Of a stretch of DNA of 64,000 nt, positions 39,095-51,120 are shown one piece after another. Within the stretch, counting starts at the first letter, position 1. Every line of letters starts with the position of its first letter. The notes below the pieces were generated by a model. That model made no database searches, was not told the origin of the DNA, and was given only the letters and a program-made list of their open reading frames with translations. Source of the stretch: Octopus vulgaris (lineage: Eukaryota); NCBI GenBank assembly GCA_951406725.2, contig OX597818.1, positions 53,940,001 to 54,004,000 on the forward strand, written 5' to 3'. The position numbers and the translations under genes are program-made.

Positions 39095-42000
39095 CTGCAA
39101 AACAAAGAAGTAATTGCTCAGTGCGAAATTTACAAATATTTTTTACAAGTATGGCTATGGGGTTAAAAGAGTTAGTTTTTACAACAATGTAATGTGAGTT
39201 TGTGACGAGGAGGAGAAAACATCAATTTTCATACATTTTCAGTGTCTCCAAGACTAGTTAGATCAATAAGACCAATGGGCAACAAGAGAGATGTTGAGCG
39301 TTGTCACTTTAGTGAAGAAAAATTGTACATGGCATGGTTAATTTAGGAGCCTTCAAGGTGGAGGGATAGTGCATACAACATATGCTTTAACCCTTTCGAT
39401 ACCAACCCGGCTGAAACCACCTTTGCCCTGTAGTACAAATGTCTTGTTTTCTTATGTTTTGAATTAAAATCTTCATCCGTTTGGGGACAATAAATCAAGT
39501 ACCAGTTGTGTACAGGGGTTGATCTAATCAACTGCCCCTCCCCCCACACACACACTCCCCCAAAATTTTGGGCCTTGTGCCTAGAGTAGAAAAGAATATT
39601 TGTCTTAGGCAGCGAGGTGGCCGAAACATTAGCACGCCAGGTGAAATGCTTAACGGCATTTCGTCTGTCTTTACGTTCTGAGTTCAAATTCCACCAAGGT
39701 CAACTATGCCTTTCATCCTTTTGGGGTTGATAAATTAAGTACAATTTATGTTCCTCACACTAGCTTAATGGTAACTAAGTTATTTAATTAAATTCTTTGT
39801 TATACTTAAAATTAATTGAAAGAAACACAGAGCATTTCAAAATGGGAGCACTCCGTCAGTTACGACGATGAGGGTCCCAGCTGATACGATCAACGGAACA
39901 GCTTGCTTGTGGAATTAACGTGCAAGTGGCTGAGCATTCCACAGATACGTGTACCCCTAACGTAGTTCTCGAGGAGATTCAGCGTGACACAGAGTGTGAC
40001 AAGGCTGGCCCTTTGAAATACAGGTACAACAGAAACAGGAAGAAAGAGTGAGAGAAAGTTATGGTGAAAGAGTACAGCAGGGTTCACCACCACCCCCTGC
40101 AGGAGCCTTGTGAAGCTTTAGGTGTTTTCGCTCAATAAACACTCACAATGCCCGGTCTGGGAATCGAAACCGCGATCCTATGACCGCGAGTCCGCTGCCC
40201 TAACCACTGGGCCATTGCACCTCCACATTTCAAAATGAATACAGTAATGAAAGGGTTAAGAGGAGTGCCATATTCAACAGGTGAGGAAGGGTGTGTATGA
40301 TAAGCGAGTAGCTCAGAGGTTCCCAAATTAAGCGTAATTATTTCAGCTCGAGTAAAAACCGCATTTGACTGAGGTAAAAGTCAGTAACCTAGCAAAAGAT
40401 GTCCTTGGTGCTATGCCCTCCGCCCTCATCTGACATCAGGTAAAACCACATTCCATGAAGAGCAGAGGCTTTCAAAAGAACCCATGAAGCATTCACTCCT
40501 AATAGTACATCTATTTAAACAAGCCCAGTTTAGTGTAATACATATAATATTGTAGTATAAGCTACAGAGAATGTGTGTGTGTGTGTGTGTGTATCAGTGT
40601 GTATCAGCATGTGTGAGTGTCAGTGTGTGTGTGTGTGTGAGTGCATGTGTACTGAGTGCCATGGTGAGTGGACAGAATAAAAACTTGTAGGCGTTGTAAG
40701 TTTTATAACATTTTCTATTGTATTCTGAGAAAGTATGAACTAATTTAAAATTTGGTGCATGGGTAAGAAATGTTTGTAAACAGTGTGGTAAGTAGCTTGC
40801 TTACCAACTACATGGTTCCAGGTCCAGTCCCACTGTGTGACACTTTGAGCAAGTGTCTTCTACTATAGCCTCGGGCCGACCAAAGCCTTATGAGTGGATT
40901 TGGTTGACAGACACTGAAAGAAGCCCGTCGTATATATACATACGTGTGTGTGTGTGTGTATCTGTGTTTGTCCCCCAACATCGCTTGACAACCGATGCTG
41001 GTGTGTTTATATCCCAGTAACTTAGCGGTTCAGCAAAAGAGACTGATAGAATAAGTACTGGTAGAATAAATACAGTAATGAAAGGGTTAAGAGGAGTGCC
41101 ATATTCAACAGGTGAGGAAGGGTGTGTATGATAAGCGAGTAGCTCAGAGGTTCCCAAATTAAGCGTAATTATTTCAGCTCGAGTAAAAACCGCATTTGAC
41201 TGAGGTAAAAGTCATGGTTCCGGGTTCAGTCCCACTGTGTGACACTTTGAGCAAGTGTCTTCTACTATAGCCTCGGGCCGACCAAAGCCTTGTGAGTGGA
41301 TTTGGTTGACAGACACTGAAAGAAGCCCGTCGTATATATACATACGTGTGTGCGTGTGTGTGTGTATCTGTGTCTGTCCCCCAACATCGCTTGACAACCG
41401 ATGCTGGTGTGTTTATATCCCAGTAACTTAGCAGCTCAGCAAAAGAGACTGATAGAATAAGTACTGGGCTTACAAAGAATAAGTCCTGGGATCGATTTGT
41501 TCGACTAAAGGCGGTGCCCCAGCATGGCCACAGTCAAATGACTGAAACAAGTAAAAGAGAGTAAAGAGATAGGTGCAGATAAGTGGAAGGAACGTGGAAG
41601 CATTTCTTATAGGTGCAGATGTACCTATGTGGCCCCGAGGCCCACTTCCCCACCACATAATTTTAGCTTCAGTTCCACAGTCGGATGCCTTGAGCAAGTA
41701 TCTTCTACTACAGCCCTTGGCTATAATTGACCACAAGTATGACTCACGATCAGTATTGTCGCTGCTTTCTTCTGTTTTCTCAGGCTCCGCTTCTTTCTCT
41801 TCTCCTTCTTCTTCTAGTACTTCTGGCTCTTTAGCTTCTTCTTCTTCTTCGATATGTTCCACAGGTAATTCTTCTTGAGATGGTTTCAAATGTAAACCTG
41901 TGGTTGCTCCAGCTATCCAAACTGGGATTGTCACCTGAGCTATTTCTTCTTCTTCAAAGAGACTTAAATCTTGATCCTAATAACATTAAAATGGAAAAAA

Positions 42001-45000
42001 AAAAAAAAATGTTAACATTGAATATAAGCAAAGGCATGGCCGTGTGGTAAGCAGTTTGCTTTCCAACCACACGGTTCTGGTTTCAGTCCCACTGGGTAAC
42101 AGCGTCTTCTACTATAGCTCCAGGCCAACTAAACCCTTCTGAATGGACTTGGTAGTCAGAAACTGATAGATGTGTGTGTGTGTGGTCTGAAGAATGTGCA
42201 CATTTTGAAAGAAATTATTTAGCGTATTTAGCGATTGGCCTCGTACTGGTGGCACGTAAAAAGCACCATCCAATCGTGACCGTCACCAGCCTTGACTGGC
42301 CCTCGTGCCGGTGGCATGTAAAAAGCACCATCCAATCGTGACCGTCGCCAGCCTTGACTGGCCCCCGTGCCGGTGGCATGTAAAAAGCACCATCCAATCG
42401 TGGCCATTTGCCAGCCTTGACTGGCCCCCGTGCCGGTGGCATGTAAAAAGCACCATCCAATCGTGACCGTCGCCAGCCTTGACTGGCCCCCGTGCCGGTG
42501 GCATGTAAAAAGCACCATCCAATCGTGGCCATTTGCCAGCCTTGACTGGCCCCCGTGCCGGTGGCATGTAAAAAGCACCATCCAATCGTGACCGTCGCCA
42601 GCCTTGACTGGCCCCCGTGCCAGTGGCATGTAAAAAGCCCCATCCAATCGTGGCCGTTTGCCAGCCTCATCTGGCACGTAAGAGGCACCCACTACACTCA
42701 CAGAGTGGTTGGCGTTAGGAAGGGCATCCAGCTGTAGAAGCACTGCCAGATCAGACTGGAGCCTGGTGCAGCCTCCTGGCTTCCCAGACCCCAGTTGAAC
42801 CGTCCAACCCATGCTAGCATGGAAAGCGGACATTAAACGATGATGATGATGAAGGGGAGTCAATGATAGGCTCAGAAGAGAACCAGATAAAAATTACTTG
42901 TAGTATTCCTGTTTTGAAAACAATAGGGTACATTTAAGGAAGATTTAGGTACTATTTCTATCAAGTTTAGAGGTCCTGTAGAAACATCATCATCATTTAA
43001 GGTCTGCTTTCCATGCTGGCATGGGTTGGACGATTTGACTGAGGACTGGCGAACCAGACGGCTGCACCAGGCTCCAATCTGATCTGGCAGAGTTTCTACA
43101 GCTGGATGCCCTTCATAACACCAACCACTCTGAGAGTGTAGTGGGTGCCTTTTACGTGCCACCGGCACGAGGGTCAGTCTGCCGGTACTGGCAACGGCCA
43201 CGCTCGAAATGGTGTTTTTTATGTGCCACCTGCAGCCGAGTCAGTCCAGTGGCACTGGCAACGACCTCGCTCGAATGTTTTTTTCACGTGCCACCAGCAC
43301 AAGTCCCAGTAAGGCGACACTGGTAACGATCATGCTCAAATGGTGCTTACTTTCATCAATTCAAAAAGAACTTATATGCATTTGTGTATGCGGATAGAAG
43401 TACTATAATGAAAGGTTACTAAACATGGAAAATCATCATCATCATCATCATCCTCGTTTAACGTCCGTTTTCCATGCTAGCATGGGTTGGACGGTTTGAC
43501 CGGGGATCTGGGAAGCCAGAAGGCTGCACCAGGCTCCGGTCCTATCTGGCAATGTTTCTACAGCTGGATGCCCTTCCTAACGCCAACCACTCCGTGAGTG
43601 TAGTGGGTGCTTTTTACGTGCCACCTGCACTGGTGCCAGGCGAGGCTGGCATTGGCCACGGTCGGATTGGTGCATTTTATGTGCCACCAGCATGGAAGCC
43701 AGTCGAGGCGGCACTGGCTTCGGCCACGATTCGGATGGTGCTTTTTACGTGCCACCGACACGGAAGCCAGTCGAGGCGGCGCTGGCATCGGCCACGATTC
43801 GGATAGTGCTTTTTACGTATCTCCAGTCCAGGGGTCCTGGCATCTGCTGGGTGCCAGTCATAGGATTGGTTCAATTTCGATTCTGATTTCGATTTCTGGA
43901 AGAAAAATAGTCTCCAAAATGTGAACTCAACAGAATTATGAACCATAATAGATGACAGCAAATGATAAAGTAATTAAGGATATGAAGGCAGGGAAAGCCC
44001 CTGGTCCAACAGAAACTGCCACTGAGATGCTTAAAATATTCGGTGGAGTAGGATACAAACTAGTCACCAGTATAGTTAATCAGGTTGTATAGAAACGATT
44101 GGTGTAGCAGTATTATAGTCAACTGTTACAGAGAAGGGCGTTGGGTTGTCAGTAGGGTAAAACTTAGGAATGAACTACAAAACACTCGCTCCAATAACTT
44201 AGGCAAATGTCTAAATTTACAGGAGCAGCTGACCACCACTAGCAAGGAATGGGACGGAATGGTAAAATGAGTAAAAGCAAATAGCAAATTATACACCAAA
44301 ACATGTTAAAATCATAAATATTCAAGATCTAAATATAAGTAATAATTAAAGACTGTACCTTTCTAACTTGCACGTAAGTACCCTGTTGTTCACAGCCTAT
44401 ATCGAACACATACTTGCCAATACCATCAGGCTGAAAGTACAAAGTATCACCAGTAAGAATTAGATATCATCATCATCATTATTATTATTATTATTATTAT
44501 CTTTTTTTTTTCTTCTTCTTTCAAATTTGCTTCCATTTCTTGCCGAGTGTCTTCCCGACTCCTAGGGCAAAGAAACTCATAGTATACATTGGTAGGCCAT
44601 TAAACTAAATTCACTAGTTTTTTGTTTTTGTTTTTTTTGTTTTTCCAGTTTCAGCTCTTGAGCTGTGGCCATGCTGGGGCACCGCCATTGTGGTGAAAGA
44701 GTACAGCAGGGATCACCACCCCCTGCCGGAGCCTCGTAGAGCTTTTAGGTGTTTTCGCTCAATAAACACACACAACGCCCGGTCTGAGAATCGAAACCGC
44801 GATCCTGCGACCGCGAGTCCGCTGCCCTAACCACTAGGCCATTGCGCCTCTACAAATTTCGTAAATTTTTTTAATTTTTTTTTTTAAGTTAAATTAAAAT
44901 ACATGGGTAGTAATAGTTCTCACATCGACAATGCTCTTCTCAATACGTGTGATGTACCAGTTAAGACAATCTTTTGCACTTCTTGCAGGGATGGTGAGCC

Positions 45001-48000
45001 AGGGATCATTCTCATATAATTTTCGGTTCCCTTCTTGATCATTCCTAGTGCTCCTACGATCACTGGTATTGTAACCGCCTTGAGATGCCACATTTTATCA
45101 ATTTCAATGAGCAGGTCTTTATATTTTCTGAGCTTGTCAAACTCTTTACAATGGTGCTGGATGAAAGGTAGTGATTATTATTATTATTATTATCATTATT
45201 ATCATTATTATTATTATTATTATTATTAAGGTGCAGTGGTGGCTCGTGTATAGGAACTACAAAACTGTAGTACCCCCTATTTCCACTCGATATTATCGAT
45301 AACATTCAATATAACGAGTCCTTTTTCCTTTAATTCATTATATAATCCTTAAACTTAATGTCAGTAGTCATCCCCTAGTTCATGAAAAAAACACAAAAAT
45401 CCTTGTATAGAACTGTGCACTTCCCAGTTACAGCAATGCAGTGTTTGGCTGTTGTACACATGCTTACATGTGCGAGATAGGAAGCTTCACACTAGGGAGA
45501 GAAAGCACTGCATGAACAATGGTGCTGGATGAAAGGTAGTGTTTTTTATTGACTCAGCATGTGTTGTGCTTAAAACGTGTTTATATTCTTGAATGTGATA
45601 AAGTGTAGAATTAGATTATTATCCTGCTTCCAGCTTCAGTGTTGCTACCAGGATTTGGAAAATAGGGCAAATGCACAGTAGATTTCAAGGTCAATCTATG
45701 CCAAGTGGCTTTACTCTGTATGCTTTAGCTTCATTACTATGGCAAAAGTCCAGATACTTGCTGAGCATACTGTGTACGATCAGAGATATAATTTCAAAGT
45801 GTTCTTGGTGCAGGGCCAATGCCAGGAAGTTCAGGGCTCAATTAGAGAATTGTTAGTGGGGCCCCCTACTCTACAAAAGCTGAAGATTGATGTTTCATGC
45901 TTCATGTAGTATGTCAGTCCCAGCCAAAACGTGTTGAAGGCTTGAGGTTCTACCATTAGCCACAATGATATACTAAAAATTCATAGATTCCTTTGTTCAA
46001 ACATATGCGTGGGACTCTCTCCTATAGCAGGGCCCAATTTGAACAAATTTGTCTGATTCTCTTAAAATCAGCCCTGCATGGTATCAAAGGGAGGATCTGG
46101 TGGTGGTGGTGTTGGTGATGACAATGATGATAGCAATCGTAATGAAAGAGATGAAGATGATGATGATGATGATGATGATGGCAATGACTGATGCTGATGA
46201 TAATGATGATGATGATGATGACATTGATGACACCAATGGCAATGATGATGATGCCAAAAAATATAGTAATGACTTTTTGTTTTTGTATATACACTCACCC
46301 TGTCGTCCTTGAACGTACCAACATATTTGTGGTTAGCATGGATCAACTCTCCAAAGCCGTTCATTCGTCCGTTGGCCCAGCAACCAATGTACTGAGATTT
46401 GGTGCCAGCATATATATACGAGCCTTGACCATGTCGTACATGCTCCTCCCATTCTCCTGTATAGATGTCACCATTGACATAATAGTAGGTACCAGATCCA
46501 CACCTCTGGTCCTTCACCCATTGACCTGCAAAATAACACAACCATCATTTAGCTATCTTCTAAACTGGATTCACCCTCTCATCGTCATCGTGTGGCTTCC
46601 TTGTCTCTTTTCTATAAGTATTTCCATGGACATCGTTCAGCTGAGCTCTCTTCTCTGGTTCCTCCTTTAAGAACTTATCAGCAATCAACTAGACTTACAT
46701 CCAGGTCCCATCAGTATACTATGCAACCTCCCTAAGTGTTGTAAAGCACTTCACAGTACCGGTTTCTTCCCTCGCCCCTCTCAACTTTGGAATTCCCTTT
46801 CCACAGTCTTGTTTTCCTCCTCAATATGACCTCCAGTCTTTTAAGTCTAATGTACAATGTGACCTATTGACTTCTATCCAGCGTCCATTTTATTCTTAGT
46901 AGCTCTTACCTTTACAATGCCCGATGAGGGTGGAAGATATTAAGCGACTAGAATCCTTCGATCACCTCTGTTTACACCGCATCCTTCGTGTCCAATGGCA
47001 TCACTTTGTCTCCAATAATTCGGTGCGACACTAGTGCAGAATCACCTCCCTCCGACAAGTCAACCTAACGAGACGTTTGCGTTGGCTGGGTCATGCCCTC
47101 CGTCGTCAATAAAGAGAATTCATCTACGAAACAATTGCCCCAGCTCCCCTTCAGGGTTGGCGAAAGCGATGTGGTGGACAACGAAAAATCTGGCTGATGA
47201 CAGTCAAGGCTGATCTGGAACCCAACCTAGGCCCCCATGTCCACGGCGTTCACCGCTGGAATAAGTAGTGGTTGGAGATCACGCGATCGTTAGCCGCAAA
47301 TCGCCGAGCCTGGTCGGCGTTTGTGAGAGATGCAGCATTGAGGATGAATGAAGCCAGCTCAACCCACCCCGGGTGAATGCTGTCTCAAGACAAGACAAGG
47401 ACCTTGTAATGAGCGAATGCTTTAAAAAAAAAAAAAGAAATCATCCGGCATGCTGCACTTGCAACGACTTCTTTGTATTCTGACATTAGAAAGATTAGGG
47501 TGTAGAATGCAGGAAGAGGGATACTACCTCACAGTGAGAAGCAGTTGGTTCCCTTCAAGGGTCGGCCAGGATCCTGTCTGGTTTTTCACTCCAGCATCAT
47601 ATTCACATATGGCTCTGCAGATGCTGCAATGTACAGCAGTAACCACACCCTGGATCCTAGTTTTGAGTGACCTGGCTTTATACGGGTGAATTCATGGGCT
47701 ATGCTTGAGGGTGAGAATGTCTATCCCTAAGTACACAAAACTTGGAATGGCAGAGAATGCAGAACAACCAAACTGTCATGGCAAACAGGCCCTGAAGGCA
47801 TGATAGTCAGGTATGTGATATGCCACAAGATAGGATGAGTTAAGACATGGAAGGTGAAATCAGCCAGTTTTCATGAAAGAGATTAAAGCCCTCTTGTGTA
47901 TTCATCATCATTTAACGTCCGTTTTCCATGCTAGCACAGGTTGGACGGTTCAACCGTGAGTGTAGTGGGTGATTTTTATGTGCCACCAGCACAGGTGCCA

Positions 48001-48448
48001 GGGGAGGCTGGCAGCGGCCACAATCGGTTGGTGCTTTTTACACGCCACCAGCACAGAAGCCAGTCAAGGCGGCACTGGCATCAGCCACATTCGGATAGTG
48101 CTTTTTATGTGCCACTGGCACAGGTATCACAACTACAATTTCCATTTGATATTTATTTTGATGTTGATGTACTTGACTCTATAGGTCTCCTCGCTCAAAG
48201 AAATATCAACAACAATCCAAATAGAAGTAACTAATAAAGTAACAGGATAGTTTTATCAAGATGGCCCCTGGGCACAGGAAATTTCGAACCTGGGTTCTCA
48301 TTTCTAAGGTATTTTTCAATATCATTATTATTGTTATTATTATTATTCAGGTCACTGTCTGGACTCAAGCTCAGAATCTTGGGGTTAGTAACCCGTGCTC
48401 TTAACTACTAACCCCAAGATTCTGAGTTCAATTCCAGGCACTGGCCTC

Positions 48449-48497
<49 letters not shown>

Positions 48498-48844
48498 TCG
48501 AAAAATACCTTAAGAATGAGAACCCAGCTTCGAAACTTCTCCAAGACACCTGATGAAGGCTGGAGGATATATCAGCCAAAATATTGTGTTAACAACAAAC
48601 AAGATGAGGACAAATATCTGTCAAATGTAAATAATGTAAATAATGTATGAAAAAACAAGATGGAAATCTATACTAACCTTCGTATTTAGAGCCATCAGGA
48701 TATATAAATGTGCCCTGACCATGTTTCTTGTTATACTGATATTCTCCTGTATATCGAGCCTCATTCTTGAACCTGTACATACATATACAAAGATATATAT
48801 ATCAAAACACACACATATATAACAGACACACAAACATGCACATA

Positions 48845-48886
<42 letters not shown>

Positions 48887-50626
48887 CACCTCCTCCAATG
48901 TCCCCTCCGTTATAGCAACACACCTGTTTCTGCCTTTCTGTCTCTCTGTCACAGTTTAACCTTTTGTCCTCTAAGACAAGTTCCTCACCTCAAATGTCCC
49001 TGCTCCTCTCAAAATTCCTTGTCTTGTGAGTTACTTGGTTACCCTGCCAGTGCTGGTGCCATGTAAAAAGCATCCAGTCCATACAGTAATGTGATTGGCA
49101 TTTGAAAGGGCATCCAGCTGTAAAACCTTGGCAAAACTAACCTCGCCCATGCTAAGGCCCCATAAAAAGCACCGAGTCCACTCTGCGGAGTAGTTGATGT
49201 TATGAAGGGCATCCAGCTGTAAAAACCATGCCAACACAGACACAGTAATCTATGGTAGTTTTCTACCTGGCTGGCTCCTGTCAACCATCCTACCCATGCA
49301 TGCATGAAAGATAGGCATTAAATGATGATGATGATATACACACATATATATATATACATGTAAATAGTTGAATGAATTATCCTAGTATGGATAATTCGGT
49401 TAACCGATACCCGGGTAGCAAATTCACGTCAGAAAACACGGTTGAAGCTACATGCCAAGGGCAGAGATCACGTGCTTTCGTGTGGAAATTTGTGCGTTTT
49501 TTTTACTATGGACTCCATGTGGGCAGTCATCTAAAAGTTTCTGTTTGTCATGATGCTGTCATAAGTTCCTTGTCTTTCCTGATGAGAAGGCGGCATAATG
49601 CACCCTTTATTCCTTCGGAATTAAGAATATGCAGTCTTCGAAACATATGTCGAGAATAAAGGAATTTTGTTAAATCGTCGTTTAACTCCATTCTTTCATT
49701 TATTTATATATACATGTATGTATTTATATATATAAGTAATATTCGTAGCCACTTTAACATGGTTGTCCGTTTGAGTGGACTCTAATGCGACTATTTAACC
49801 CCAAGAGGATGTCTCTCCTAGGTGGTTAAAGATGCACAGCTGCATCCAATAAAATTGTGAGCAGGGGAGCGAACCCCTACCATCTCCTAGCAACAGGGCC
49901 AGTAGACCAGTCCTGGTCTACTGCCACTCCTCAGTACTGGACATACTTTTATATATATATATATATATATATATAACTACAAAATTAGAGAATGGAGAAA
50001 CATACTTAAATCAGTAAAACATCAACTATCCGATGATACTCAATCCATACTTTAATACACCATTACATATGAGTAAAGGCAATATATAAAATGAAATGAG
50101 ATATACAGTAATAGTAAAAGTAAAAAGATAAAGAGATATAAGTAAAAAATTTCAAATATAATATGCAAATAAATCAAAACTGACAGCTGTTTCGGCAGTG
50201 AGGACAGTCATACCTCATTTAACCTATAAGCCATAAAGGCAGGTATAAATGAGGCATTAACAAGGATGCCCCACGGCCTCTTCAGAGAATTAAATTAAAT
50301 TTGTTATAATAGTGAAAAATATTATATAATCATATACATATAAATATAAAAATATAAAAATGTAAAATATAAAAACTTATACATCATAATGCTACACTTA
50401 TATAATATAATACACATTTGTACAAAAAGGAAGGTAAACAGAACAATATAAAACAAAATATATAACAGTGTATATATTAATATTAATAAGTACCGATATT
50501 ATACATATTTGGCTAATAGTTTTTTTTATAAAAAAAGGGCTAACACATATGGAGATGAAAAATAATAATTAAATCCGTGGTACAGTTCATAAAATTCTAA
50601 AGCTATAAAAGTTAATAAAAATTACT

Positions 50627-50673
<47 letters not shown>

Positions 50674-51083
50674 TAATAATAATAAAAAAATACTAAAAAT
50701 AGATACAGTTAAGTTAGCACCAAGTCCATCCTTTCAAGATCGTGAAATTTTTTACTTATATCTCTTTATCTTTTTACTTTTACTATTACTGTATATCTCA
50801 TTTCATTTTATATATTGCCTTTACTCATATGTAATGGTGTATTAAAGTATGGATTGAGTATCATCGGATAGTTGATGTTTTACTGATTTAAGTATGTTTC
50901 TCCATTCTCTAATTTTGTAGTATTAATTTACGGTAATATTATTACCTTTACCCATTTAATACAATAGATGAACTGATTGCTTGACAATTTTTAACATCTA
51001 TGTATTATTTTTATTGGGTACCTATCTAGCAGTATATTGGATATATATTATCCCATGGTGGGTTGAATTTTCAACCCCTATCT

Positions 51084-51120
<37 letters not shown>

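Noticed and set aside
41470-41747. C-terminal extension of ORF 41470..41934
   Set aside because: It reads through the gtgagt donor into SINE sequence; the spliced exon 7 gives a better acidic terminus.
42234-42667. CRISPR-like periodic array (conserved approx. 25-bp hairpin plus approx. 37-bp linker)
   Set aside because: The linkers are homologous to each other, there are no cas genes, the context is eukaryotic, and the array is part of an RTE 3'UTR.
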